DNA from: Candidatus Dormiibacterota bacterium
Lineage (GTDB): Bacteria; Chloroflexota; Dormibacteria; Aeolococcales; Aeolococcaceae
Direction of reading: 5' to 3'
DNA length: 64,000 nt
NCBI GenBank assembly: GCA_963789735.1
Contig: CAWBLV010000001.1
Location: 213,822 to 277,821, forward strand
A program made the translations under genes and the position numbers. Position 1 is the first letter of the stretch, and every line of letters starts with the position of its first letter. Below, piece by piece: positions 47,025-56,428 of this stretch. The notes under the pieces were generated by a model that saw only the letters and a program-made list of their open reading frames with translations, had not been told where the DNA came from and searched no databases.

Positions 47025-47748
47025 ATGACCGATACGCGAACGTTGAAGACGGCAATGGTCGGGTTGATCCGGCGCGCCGCGATCGAAGACGAACTGCTCC
47101 TCATCTCGACCTCAGGCCATGACGATGCCGGCGACGCGCAACGCTGGGCACCGGCACCGACTGTTGCCCACAACACCCAATTCAAACGCGAGCAGGTTGC
47201 TCGTCTCGACGCGATCCTGCGGCACGAAATGCCGCCGGAATTCGCCGCCGTCGACCACGCGTCCGAGGCCACCTATCGTGCCTTCGCGGCCCTCAGTCCG
47301 ACGCTCGTTGCCGAGACGAGCCGGCGAACCACGGACGATCTCGTCGACGCGCTGCTGCGCCTGCCTGATGACGACCTGATCGATCCCAGCAGACACGAGT
47401 GGCTTCGCGGCCGGCCTCTCTGGCTGCAGATCATCGTCCGCGGCTTCTGGCACCCATTGGGACACGTGGGTGACTGGTATGTCGCCAATGGGATGACGGA
47501 GCGGGGCGTCGCGTTGCGACGCGACGCAGTGACATTCGCGGAGTATCTGCACGCTCCGGCTGAGTTCGCAGGGCATGGCGTGGTTCAGCCTCGCCTGCAC
47601 GTACGCGACCCTCGGTACGACCGAGGAAGCGGTCCTTGCGCTCGAACGCGCGGCGACGCTCAACCAGGATTTGCGCGCACGTGTCGCGACCGAACCGGAA
47701 CTCGAGGCGGTCAGGGAGGATCGCCGGGTCGTGGCGCTTGTCGGCTGA
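47025..47748 (+). pseudogene. hypothetical DinB/four-helix-bundle-like protein with TPR-like tail; apparent +1-nt frameshift near 47572
   Basis: ORF 46902-47876 looks like protein up to ...HAPAEFAG. Frame +1 then reads MAWFSLACTYATLGTTEEAVLALERAATLNQDLRARVATEPELEAVREDRRVVALVG* (stop 47746). The shift lies in a GGG run. Confidence 0.5.
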
Positions 47749-47798
47749 GCGCGGTCGTTTGCGCCGCTCGGATCCCATCCAGCCGCTTGCCGTCCAAG

Positions 47799-47804
47799 TA
47801 TAAT
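47799..47804 (+). promoter_or_regulatory. consensus -10 hexamer TATAAT 10 nt upstream of the ABC ATPase GTG (near-leaderless)
   Basis: tataat at 47799-47804; start codon GTG at 47815; no SD in between. Confidence 0.3.
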
Positions 47805-47814
47805 TCATCGTGCG

Positions 47815-48531
47815 GTGAATTCTATCGAGATCGATCGGCTGACCGTGATCCGAGGCGGTCGTCGCGCGCTGGGTGAGATCTCGATGGCGGTAGCAGAGGG
47901 CAGCGTTACCGGCCTTCTTGGTCCGAGCGGCTCGGGGAAGACAACGCTGATCCGCTCCATCGTCGGTGTCCAGAAGACCACGTCGGGATCGGTGCGGGTA
48001 CTCGGCTTGCCGGCGGGCTCCGCGACCCTCCGTCCGCGCGTGGGATATGTCACGCAGGAGCTCTCCGTGTACCGCGACCTCACGGTTCGCGGGAATCTCC
48101 GGTACTTCGCAGCGGTGCTCGGCGTGAAGCGAGAGCGAGTCGACCGGGTCCTCGAGGAGGTCTCGCTGTCGGACAGGGCGGAGGCTCGGGTCAGCACCCT
48201 CTCCGGTGGTCAGCAGTCGCGCGTCTCACTCGCGACCGCATTGCTCGGTGAACCCCGCGTCCTCATCCTCGACGAGCCAACCGCCGGGCTCGACCCCGTG
48301 CTTCGGGAGGATCTCTGGACGCTCTTTCAGCGGCTGGCGGCCTCGGGTGTGACGCTGCTCATCTCCAGCCATGTCATGGAGGAGGCAATGCGCTGCCAGC
48401 GCGTGCTGCTGCTCCGCGACGGACGGCTGCTCGTCGACGACACGCCACACGGGCTACTGCAGCGAACCGGTGAGCTGGAAATGGATGCGGCGTTTCTCCA
48501 CGTCATTCAGCAGCGCGAGGCGGGCACGTGA
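47815..48531 (+). CDS. ABC-2-type exporter ATP-binding protein (DrrA-like)
   Basis: Walker A GPSGSGKTT; signature LSGGQQSRV; Walker B LILDEPT. Confidence 0.9.
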   Translation: MNSIEIDRLTVIRGGRRALGEISMAVAEGSVTGLLGPSGSGKTTLIRSIVGVQKTTSGSVRVLGLPAGSATLRPRVGYVTQELSVYRDLTVRGNLRYFAAVLGVKRERVDRVLEEVSLSDRAEARVSTLSGGQQSRVSLATALLGEPRVLILDEPTAGLDPVLREDLWTLFQRLAASGVTLLISSHVMEEAMRCQRVLLLRDGRLLVDDTPHGLLQRTGELEMDAAFLHVIQQREAGT

Positions 48532-49265
48532 GCGCCAGGCGAACGGCTGCAACCGCCGGCCGAGTGCTCGCCCAGTTGCGGGCGGATCCACGCACGGTGG
48601 TAATGCTCCTCGTGGTGCCCGTCCTGCTGATGATCCTGCTCCGATACGCCTTTGACAGCACGGTGCTCATCTTTGACCACGTCGCGCCCATCCTCATCGC
48701 CGTCTTTCCGTTCGTTCTGATGTTCCTCGTCACGTCGGTGGCAATGCTCCGCGAGCGCAGCAGCGGCACGCTCGAGCGCCTGCTCTCGATGCCGATCGCG
48801 AAACTCGATCTGCTCGTCGGCTATGCCCTTGCGTTTGGAGCGGTGGCTGCCATACAGGTGGCGCTCGTCATCGCCGTTGTGCTGGGACCACTTGGTGTGA
48901 GCGTTTCGGGGTCGGTCATCGTGCTGTCGCTCTTCGGAGTTCTCGATGCGTTGCTTGGTATGGCGCTTGGCCTCTGGCTCAGCGCGCTGGCGCACACTGA
49001 ATTTCAGGCGGTGCAGTTGCTTCCCGCAGTTGTCTTCCCGCAGCTGCTCGTATGCGGACTGTTCGCGCCGCGAGACACCATGGCGGGAGTCCTCCAAGGC
49101 CTCGCCGACGCGTTTCCGCTCACGTATGCGGTGGATGGAGTCACCCGCGCTGCCGCGTCGACGGCATGGACCGGTTCGCTGGTCGAGGACCTCGTCATCG
49201 TCGCGACCTGCATTCCCTTGGCGCTCGGACTTGGAGCCGCGACGCTGCAACGTCGGACGGCATGA
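48528..49265 (+). CDS. ABC-2-type exporter permease
   Basis: 245-aa six-TM ORF; start overlaps the ATPase stop. Confidence 0.85.
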   Translation: MSARRTAATAGRVLAQLRADPRTVVMLLVVPVLLMILLRYAFDSTVLIFDHVAPILIAVFPFVLMFLVTSVAMLRERSSGTLERLLSMPIAKLDLLVGYALAFGAVAAIQVALVIAVVLGPLGVSVSGSVIVLSLFGVLDALLGMALGLWLSALAHTEFQAVQLLPAVVFPQLLVCGLFAPRDTMAGVLQGLADAFPLTYAVDGVTRAAASTAWTGSLVEDLVIVATCIPLALGLGAATLQRRTA

Positions 49266-49885
49266 CCCAACGTCGAGGCCGGCGTGTCGCCGGCAGTGAC
49301 ACCCGAGGTGAAATCCTCGCCGCCGCTCGCGCGATGTTCGGGGAGAGCGGTTACGCAGCAACAACACTGCGGGGTATTGCGAAGCGAGCACGTGTCGACC
49401 CGGCGCTCATCATTCACCATTTCGGCTCCAAGGAGGCGCTGTTCCGCAGCGCGATGCACGTGTCGTTCGACCCAGCGGCGATCGCAACGATCATCGCCAG
49501 TGGCGACGGGGATTCGCTTGGGGAGCGGATCTGCCTCTATTTCCTGGCGCTGTGGGAGGACGAAACCACACGTGAACCGCTCCTCGCCACGCTCCGATCC
49601 GCGCTCACGCATGACGCCGCCGCGCAAACCCTCCGCGAGTTCCTGAGCGAAGCGCTCGTCGAGCGCGTCGCCCATCTGCTCGGCACGCCGGATGCCTCAC
49701 TGCGCGCCACGTTGGTGGGCAGCCAGCTCGTCGGGCTCGCCGTTGCGCGATATGTGCTTCGCATCGAACCGCTGGCGTCTGCTGACCGTTCGACGGTCGT
49801 TGCATGGGTCGCTCCCACTCTCGAACGGTACCTGACCCCCGACCCGGCCTCATTGCCGACGACTCCGCGATCTATCCCGACCTAA
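49262..49885 (+). CDS. TetR family transcriptional regulator
   Basis: ATG 49262 overlaps the permease stop (ATGA); HTH ILAAARAMFGESGYAATTLRGIAKRARVDPALIIHHFGSKEALF. Confidence 0.85.
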   Translation: MTQRRGRRVAGSDTRGEILAAARAMFGESGYAATTLRGIAKRARVDPALIIHHFGSKEALFRSAMHVSFDPAAIATIIASGDGDSLGERICLYFLALWEDETTREPLLATLRSALTHDAAAQTLREFLSEALVERVAHLLGTPDASLRATLVGSQLVGLAVARYVLRIEPLASADRSTVVAWVAPTLERYLTPDPASLPTTPRSIPT

Positions 49886-49949
49886 GACCCACAGGATTCG
49901 TGCCATTCGTCCGTATACGACTGACGCATCGAGCCGCATATTTGAACTC

Positions 49950-50342
49950 ATGACAACGACCGCGCCAGCGGATGGCGAGGAGGTCGTCCCTGCGCTTGAC
50001 CTCTTCTGTGCGAACGAATCGTTTCTCCATCTCGAGGAGGACTGGCGTCGAGGTTTGGGCTGGTGGCTCGTCGATGCTGACGGGCGGAAGCACATCAGCA
50101 TCAAAGACGCGATGCAGCTCGCGCCGCAGGGAGTTGCACACGAGGTCATCCTCGAAGCGGAGTCCCTGCTGTGGCGGCTCGAAGCCGAAGACATCGAGCG
50201 GCAGGTCGGGCCACTTCGCCGGAATGCCATCGCCCGGTTTCGTCGCGAGGTGGCCCTGGCCGCGGAAAGCCCGACCAACCCGATGAGCGCGATGCTGGAG
50301 GCGCTCTCGCTCTCGCCCGGTCGCACTCTCCGGCCGCGCTGA
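49950..50342 (+). CDS. hypothetical protein
   Basis: 130-aa ORF with high GC3; preferred over two overlapping minus-strand ORFs on composition only. Confidence 0.4.
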   Translation: MTTTAPADGEEVVPALDLFCANESFLHLEEDWRRGLGWWLVDADGRKHISIKDAMQLAPQGVAHEVILEAESLLWRLEAEDIERQVGPLRRNAIARFRREVALAAESPTNPMSAMLEALSLSPGRTLRPR

Positions 50343-50481
50343 GCCAGGAAAAATTATTTCTGGCTCTTGGTGGGTCATCTCCGTGGATTCGGAGGCGCAA
50401 AGAACCCAAAGATGGCGCCGGCTTACAGTGACGGGAGCCAGACCTGTTCGGGTCGGGTCCGGTAAGCCGGCGCCGATGCTC

Positions 50482-51313
50482 TTACGACAGCAGCATGCCG
50501 CCGTCCACGATGACCAGTGCCCCGGTCATGTAGTCCGCCGCGGGAGACGCCAGGAACAGCGCCACCTTGGCAATGTCGTCCGGCACGCCCATGCGTCGGA
50601 GCGGGATACGCTGGGTGAACGCCGCCATCATCGCGGCCGTCTGGTCGGCGGTCATTCCCGCGAGCGGCTGCGACGTGCCCTCTGTCGTGATCCCTCCGGG
50701 AGCAATTGCGTTGACGGTCACGTTGTGAGGACCCATCTCCAACGCGAAGTTCTTCGTGAAGCTGAGCACGCCGCCCTTGCTCGAGTTCGTACGCGGCGAG
50801 CCCTTGCATCGAAGGATGCACAGAATCGATCGAGGCAATGTTGATGATCTTGCCGCCGCGCCTCTGCTTGACCATCTGCAAGCCGGCTGCCTGCGACATG
50901 TAGAAGAGACCCTTCAGGTTGACGGACAGCACATGTTCGAAGAACTCGGGCGACATCTCGAGCACCGAGCTCGTCGGGAAAATGCCGGCGTCGTTGACGA
51001 GGACGTCCAGCGAGCCGAATTCATCAACGCACCGTTGCACTGCTGCTGCGCACGACGCGATATCGCTGACGTCGAGCCGCGTGGCCACCGGCCTGCCGCT
51101 CGCCCCTGCGAGTGCTTGCGCCGCAGCGCGTGATGCGGTTTCATCGATATCGGCGATGAGCACGTTGGCGCCCGCCTGTGCAAGGCGTATGGCAATGCCG
51201 TGACCGATTCCTTTGGCACCTCCGGTGACCAACGCGTTGCGACCGGCCACCGAAAATGGATCCCCGTTTCCGCCTCGCCTTTCAGGGATTGTGGCGACGA
51301 GTTGCTGCACCAT
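50482..51313 (-). pseudogene. short-chain dehydrogenase/reductase (SDR); apparent +1-nt frameshift near 50788
   Basis: TGGAKGIGHGIA cofactor motif is in ORF 50423-51313. The catalytic YNSSK and the C-terminus are in ORF 50482-50838. The reading ...GLAAY-NSSKGGV is restored by deleting one nt (tac[g]aac). Confidence 0.8.
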
Positions 51314-51379
51314 TTCAGCTCCTCCGTGTCCGTGGGTTTGCTTCTATGGTGAAAGTGGATTCCCCGCCACCGTAAGGGG

Positions 51380-51640
51380 CTAAGGTCCCAAAACCATCGT
51401 GACGAACGGGCACGAACCATGCATCCGAGTCAGGGCCTCGTCACTGATGCCGAGGACGTCGTAGCCTGGCAAATACTCCGGGTTCGCGCGAGTGATCTGC
51501 TCATGCAGCAGCCGGTGGCCGGCATGAGTACTGTCTGAGTTCGCCGGCATGCCGCTCGGGAGCGCGTCAAACAAGCCCATCCATACTGCACCCGTCCCGG
51601 TGATGATCGCGCACTCATCGGAGGTCGGAATCGCGCGCAT
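51380..51640 (-). CDS. hypothetical small protein
   Basis: C-terminal 86 codons of ORF 51380-51853 starting at ATG 51640 (MRAIPTSDECAIITG...); the upstream part of that ORF looks non-coding. Confidence 0.3.
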   Translation of the reverse strand: MRAIPTSDECAIITGTGAVWMGLFDALPSGMPANSDSTHAGHRLLHEQITRANPEYLPGYDVLGISDEALTRMHGSCPFVTMVLGP

Positions 51641-51739
51641 CCAGGTGCAAACTCGGGACCAACGGCCCTGGACAGTCGTCTGAGTCAGGTCTTGACTGTG
51701 AGTACCAAGCAATCCTGTGGCAAGCCTGAGGTGCGCCCG

Positions 51740-52318
51740 ATGAACCTGAAGAAGATCGTGGTGGGAGTCAAGGGCTCGGTGGCGTCGAATGCGGCGCTTG
51801 CGTGGGCCGTCCAGGAGGCAGGGTCCTCGGGTGCCGAGATCGTCGCGGTGCATGTGCTCAGGCCGGCGCGTGGCGACGACATGAACTCCACCGTGGAGGA
51901 AGTTCGCCTTCGAGAATTCGGTTATCTGTCAGGCCCCATTCGCTCGCGCGTGAAGAGCGAATTGTTCGGACCTCTTGCGGCATCGACGGTCGACCATCGG
52001 ATCGTGGTTGTTGAAGGCCATCCGGCCACGGCGATTCTCAGTGTGGCGGATGCGGAAGATGCTGATCTCATCGTTGTCGGCAATGGCGTGCACGACGCAA
52101 CAGGTGATCTCTTCCTGGGAACCGTCGCCCACGAGCTCACGCACCGGTCACGGCGACCCCTCATCGTGGTTCCCGCTGAGGTACATGGCACCGGAATCGA
52201 CATGCTGGGCAAGCGACTCGCCTCCGACATGCCGAGACAGACGCATCCGCACCGTGCCGGCAAGTCCAGTGAACGGGCGCATAGCATCCCCGCGCATCGG
52301 CCTACCGCCGTGGGATGA
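51740..52318 (+). CDS. universal stress protein (UspA family)
   Basis: ATG 51740; KKIVVGVKGS ... ADLIVVGNGVHD...GTVAHELTHRSRRPLIVV. Confidence 0.8.
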   Translation: MNLKKIVVGVKGSVASNAALAWAVQEAGSSGAEIVAVHVLRPARGDDMNSTVEEVRLREFGYLSGPIRSRVKSELFGPLAASTVDHRIVVVEGHPATAILSVADAEDADLIVVGNGVHDATGDLFLGTVAHELTHRSRRPLIVVPAEVHGTGIDMLGKRLASDMPRQTHPHRAGKSSERAHSIPAHRPTAVG

Positions 52319-52374
52319 CATTCGACGCATTTGGTGCGGTGTAACGAATGATCATGCGTTCCCGTTGTGTGGGC

Positions 52375-53127
52375 ATGAAGGTCGCAACCATCGCCGGCGC
52401 CGTGGTCGCGGTCGTTGCCCTCGCAGCCTGCGGCGCAACCGCCGCGCCGCATGCCTCTCCAACGCTGGAGCCGACTGTCTCCCCAAGCGTCGCATCGACC
52501 GCTGTGCCGACGGACACTCCAACCCCGGCGTCCACCACGACGCCTGTGCCACCCACACCAACGCCTGCGCCGTTCACGCCGCCGACGGTGCCGCCAACGC
52601 TCACCGCACTGTGTGCGCCGAGTCCTATGGAGTTCGCGTGGCAGGTGAGCTTCCCGGAACCCGAGAGCAATTACAACGTGGATCTCAGCTTCACCGCCGG
52701 AGCGAGCTTTACGCAGGAAGAGACAAGCGCGACACAGCCATACACATTCGATACACCAAACGCGCTCGGCCAGCAACTGATTCTCGTGCGGTGGGATTCA
52801 TTCCCAGCGGCAGGCATTTCCAGTGGCACGAACGCCGACAGCGACATGTGTGACCCCGCGCTGCTCCCGCCGCCGACGGTCCTTCCGCTGTGCGAGGCCG
52901 CAAGCGGCGGCTACGACTGGCAGGTGCGTTCGTCGACACAGCAGGTCAGCTGGAGCATCGACCTCCGCTACTCGCTCAATGGCGATTGGACGTACTACGC
53001 CAGCACTTCCGCGTCGTTTGTTTTCGAAACGCCCGGGGCGGACGGGAAGACGCTGTACGTCCGTTGGAGTTTCTACCCCGGAGCCGGGACCTCGACCGCG
53101 CATGCTAGTACGAAAAGTTGCACATAG
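52375..53127 (+). CDS. lipoprotein with PT linker and two tandem Cys-bracketed domains
   Basis: ATG 52375; lipobox LAACG; internal duplication (C..FAWQV..VDLSF..FDTP..LILVRWDSFP..C / C..YDWQV..IDLRY..FETP..LYVRWSFYP..C). Confidence 0.65.
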   Translation: MKVATIAGAVVAVVALAACGATAAPHASPTLEPTVSPSVASTAVPTDTPTPASTTTPVPPTPTPAPFTPPTVPPTLTALCAPSPMEFAWQVSFPEPESNYNVDLSFTAGASFTQEETSATQPYTFDTPNALGQQLILVRWDSFPAAGISSGTNADSDMCDPALLPPPTVLPLCEAASGGYDWQVRSSTQQVSWSIDLRYSLNGDWTYYASTSASFVFETPGADGKTLYVRWSFYPGAGTSTAHASTKSCT

Positions 53128-53242
53128 GCGCGTCGCTGCAGTCGCGGAACGACGCCCCGCAGTTGTCCGTTTCGGTGCACACAATACGGGCGCGGCCGTC
53201 CACCGGGATGACCGCGCTACGGGCGTCGCCCCAGGGCCGCGA

Positions 53243-53956
53243 TCAAGTCGAAGATCGGGCCGATGCGGCCGGCAATTGTGTCGCACCCGCGGGAGACAAC
53301 ATGACCTGCTCGCCTGGCTCAAGCCCCGACGTGATCTGGGTCAGCGTATCGCCGACGAGCCCGATCGCAACCGTCGTTGCGAACGCCTGCCCATTGGACC
53401 AAACGTCAACCTGGGTCTGGTTATTCGCGCCGGTGAACAATGCCATCGACGGGACTGCGAGTACGTTGCTGGCAGTTGCCACAGTGACATTCACCGATCC
53501 CGACTGACCGTCGTTCAGCCGTGGATCTGACGCGCCGAGTTGGATTTCCGCGAAGTACTCGGGGACACCGCCCACCTGAGTCACGCTCGTCGCGATTGAG
53601 GAAACCACCCCGGGAAGCGTCAAACCGGGTGTCGCATCAACGGTGACTGTGGCTGATTGCCCCACCCTGATCTGGACATCGTCGGTTTGGCTGAACGCCG
53701 CCCGTAGAACCAGGGTCGTGCCTTTGCCGGGTTGCAGCACGCCGGAGGCAGTGGCGAGGACGGGGAAGCTTCGCAACTCTGCGGTCGCGAGTGCTGGCGC
53801 AGCCTTCACCTTGGAGAGCGGCGCCAGCACGCTCGGCCCCATCGTGACGAAGACGAGCCAGGCTCCGAGGATCGCTCCGGCGGTGAGCAGCAGTTTCCGC
53901 AGCCCCGCTCGGCTCGTCGTGGAGTTGTGCGGCGCATCCACACCCGCGACTGTCAT
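53243..53956 (-). CDS. HlyD/MacA-type periplasmic adaptor-like protein (short, orphan)
   Basis: 237-aa ORF; TM anchor, barrel-sandwich and beta-barrel segments (VGQSATVTVDA...GVVSSIA...AEIQL...NVLAVPSMAL); no coiled-coil hairpin; no transporter partner nearby. Confidence 0.6.
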   Translation of the reverse strand: MTVAGVDAPHNSTTSRAGLRKLLLTAGAILGAWLVFVTMGPSVLAPLSKVKAAPALATAELRSFPVLATASGVLQPGKGTTLVLRAAFSQTDDVQIRVGQSATVTVDATPGLTLPGVVSSIATSVTQVGGVPEYFAEIQLGASDPRLNDGQSGSVNVTVATASNVLAVPSMALFTGANNQTQVDVWSNGQAFATTVAIGLVGDTLTQITSGLEPGEQVMLSPAGATQLPAASARSST

Positions 53957-54001
53957 CCCCTTGCCTCCGTTTACAGATGTTCAGCTTACTTCGCCGTTAG
54001 T

Positions 54002-54201
54002 CCGTCTTCAGCAGCAAATCACCCAAGGTCAAGGTGCTCCTCGAATCAGAGTTGGCGCGCCTCGGCATCCTCGCCAAACACTCCATGCCGTACCACCCCC
54101 AGACCTGCGGAAATGTCGAACGCTTCCACCAGACCCGGAAGCGGGTCCTCGACAACCAAACGCCGGCATCAGCGCGGGCCGGCCTCCAGGCCCAGCTCGA
54201 C
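54002..54201 (+). pseudogene. internal fragment of a diverged IS481-family transposase gene
   Basis: Aligns with 54902-55101 of the intact copy (VLLESELARLGILAKHSMPYHPQTCGNVERFHQT vs VLLESELEQLGIVAKHSTPYHPQTCGKVERFHQT), roughly 80% nt identity; truncated at both ends. Confidence 0.8.
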
Positions 54202-54218
54202 AAGAGTGCCGAGAAAGG

Positions 54219-55501
54219 TGTCGTGTTTCACGACATATTGGACGGATGTCTCAAGACATAGTGGACACCCACGTTTGGCGGGGGTGTCGCTATGGCTCTG
54301 GGGCGCTATGTGGTGGACGCGGTGCTGTTCGGTGGGCGCAGCCCCACTGAACTCGCTCGCTCGCACGGGATCTCACGAAGCCGGATCTATCAGCTGATCG
54401 CCCGCTATCGGGAAGGTGGCTATGAAGCCCTCGAGCCTCGCTCACGACGACCTCGATCGTGCTCCCGCGCAGCCGCGCCGGAGATCCAGAACGCGATCGT
54501 CCGCCTGCGTCAGGAGCTCGCCGACGCCGGCCATGACTGCGGGCCACACACCATCGCTCACCACCTCTGCCTCGAGCTCGGCACGGCGCCCTCGGTGGCC
54601 ACCATCTGGCGCATCCTCGCTCGTCATGGCCTGATCACTCCGGAGCCGCGCAAGCGGCCGAAGTCGTCCTTCATCCGCTTCGAGGCCGATCTGCCCAACG
54701 AGCTCTGGCAGACCGACAGCACCCACTGGCAGCTCGCCGATGGCACCGGCGTCGAGATCCTCAACTGCCTCGACGACCACTCCCGACTGCTCGTGGTCTC
54801 CGACGCCTTCGTCACCATCAAGGCCGCGGACGTCGTCGAAAGCCTTTACACCGCCTGGGAGATCTGTGGCTACCCCGCCGCCCTCCTGAGCGACAACGGG
54901 GCTGTCTTCAGTGGCAAGACGCGCAAAGGCAAGGTGCTCCTCGAGTCCGAACTGGAGCAACTCGGCATCGTCGCCAAACACTCCACGCCGTATCACCCGC
55001 AGACCTGCGGCAAGGTCGAACGCTTCCATCAGACCCAGAAGAAGTTCCTCGACAAGCAGGCGCCGGCATCGACCGTGGCCGTCCTCCAGGCACAACTCGA
55101 CGCATTCCGCACTTACTACAACCAGCACCGCCCCCATCGCGCCCTCGACGGCGAAACCCCTCTGCACGCCTATCACGCCCGCATCAAGGCCGCTCCCACC
55201 GCCGCACCACCACCCATCCACTACCGCGTGCGCCACGACCGCGTCGACAAGTCAGGCCGGGTCACGGTGCGCTACCTCAGCCGGCTCCATCACATCGGCA
55301 TCGGCTGCGCGTACAAGCACCAGCCCATCACGCTGCTGATCGCTAACAAAGACATCCGCGTCCTGGCCGAGGACGGCTCGCTGCTCCGTCAACTCACCCT
55401 CGACCCACGACGCGACTATCAGCCCCGAGGAGTGCGCCCTGGCCGCCTTAAACTGTCCACGATGTCGTGAGACATGTGTCCACGATGTCTTGCGACATCA
55501 C
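54219..55501 (+). mobile_element. IS481-family insertion sequence, copy 1 (about 1283 bp)
   Basis: One transposase ORF; each end carries two imperfect ~24-bp repeats of ATGTCnCAnGACATnnTGGACA in inverted orientation; flanked by 17-bp direct repeats aagagtgccgagaaagg (54202-54218 and 55502-55518); boundaries +/- a few bp. Confidence 0.9.
54292..55470 (+). CDS. IS481-family DDE transposase
   Basis: 392 aa; N-terminal HTH; rve core with WQTDSTHW, LSDNGAVF and YHPQTCGKVERFHQT. Confidence 0.95.
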   Translation: MALGRYVVDAVLFGGRSPTELARSHGISRSRIYQLIARYREGGYEALEPRSRRPRSCSRAAAPEIQNAIVRLRQELADAGHDCGPHTIAHHLCLELGTAPSVATIWRILARHGLITPEPRKRPKSSFIRFEADLPNELWQTDSTHWQLADGTGVEILNCLDDHSRLLVVSDAFVTIKAADVVESLYTAWEICGYPAALLSDNGAVFSGKTRKGKVLLESELEQLGIVAKHSTPYHPQTCGKVERFHQTQKKFLDKQAPASTVAVLQAQLDAFRTYYNQHRPHRALDGETPLHAYHARIKAAPTAAPPPIHYRVRHDRVDKSGRVTVRYLSRLHHIGIGCAYKHQPITLLIANKDIRVLAEDGSLLRQLTLDPRRDYQPRGVRPGRLKLSTMS

Positions 55502-55506
55502 AAGAG

Positions 55507-55530
55507 TGCCGAGAAAGGGAATCGAACCCT
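55507..55530 (-). repeat. 24-nt fragment of the tRNA-Leu(CAG) 3' end (distal att copy)
   Basis: tgccgagaaagggaatcgaaccct identical to 58278-58301; sequence diverges immediately after. Confidence 0.8.
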
Positions 55531-55621
55531 CCTTAGCTTGCTCAAAACGATCGGAAGAAGAGCCGTCCGAACTCGAGGGAGCGGCCAGGAAGCGCCAAGT
55601 GACGCCGTGATTGGACAGAGA

Positions 55622-55643
55622 TATTGGCCCAGTATTGGCCCAG
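55622..55643. repeat. perfect tandem duplication TATTGGCCCAG x2
   Basis: Read directly; a related gATTGGaCAGag precedes it at 55609-55620; about 90-110 bp from the att core. Confidence 0.7.
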
Positions 55644-55771
55644 CGCCTCGTGTTTCGGTCGTCGGTCGCGCCTCCCCCCGTTCCAGATCAGAGTCCGGAC
55701 AACCACCAGACTAATACGGATTTGTGTACGTCTGCCAAGTCAGCGTCAGCGAGAGATGCTCGAGTTCGGTG

Positions 55772-56383
55772 TCATGGCAGGGCCGCGATGAGGTCTTTGG
55801 CGATCGCGATGTCCGCCGAGAAGTCGCCGGAGAGAATGGCTCCCGCCGGACCAGTGATCTGGATCACATTGGTGCCGGACAGCGCATAGATACCAGCCGA
55901 GTAGCTGAATGCCCCATCACCGACGCCGGGGATGGCCGTGGTGGGCGCCAGGGTCTGCTCGATTGACCCGAAGGTCGACGCAGAACCGTCTTTGACGTCC
56001 AAGCTGACCGTGACCGGAGACGGGTGCGGGCCGTCGGCCGGTGGCGAGTAGCTGCACGTACTGATGGACGCGATCGTTGAGGGGGTGCCGGAGGTCGTGA
56101 CGGATGCCACACCGAGTATCGCCGCAACTTGTGCCGCCGTCAGGACAGTGCACACATCCGGCGCAGCAGCAGCCTGATCACTGGAGGGCGGGGTCGAGCT
56201 CGTGCTGCCAGAAGCTGTCGGCGTCGAGCTGGTGCCGCCGGGTGCTGTCGGGGCTGCCGTCGCGCCCGAGCCTCCAAGTCCTGTCGGTGTTGTGCCTCCG
56301 GTCTGGCCGCCGCTTCCGCATGCTGCGAGTAGCAGCGATCCCGCGACAGCGGCCGCGGTGGTGATTGTCTTGAACCCGAGCAT
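55772..56383 (-). CDS. lipoprotein, unknown function
   Basis: ORF 55772-56485; ATG 56383 six nt after GGAGG; lipobox LLAACGS; Gly/Ser/Thr/Pro linker. Confidence 0.6.
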   Translation of the reverse strand: MLGFKTITTAAAVAGSLLLAACGSGGQTGGTTPTGLGGSGATAAPTAPGGTSSTPTASGSTSSTPPSSDQAAAAPDVCTVLTAAQVAAILGVASVTTSGTPSTIASISTCSYSPPADGPHPSPVTVSLDVKDGSASTFGSIEQTLAPTTAIPGVGDGAFSYSAGIYALSGTNVIQITGPAGAILSGDFSADIAIAKDLIAALP

Positions 56384-56428
56384 GACACGCCTCCAAAGTC
56401 GAAGCCGATTGCGAACAAGGAGGACCGT

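Noticed and set aside
49850-50378. Two minus-strand ORFs (158 and 168 aa) overlapping the 49950-50342 plus-strand ORF.
   Set aside because: Their translations are Arg/Ser-rich and low-complexity. The plus-strand frame has the better third-position GC bias and a more protein-like composition, although it too remains hypothetical.
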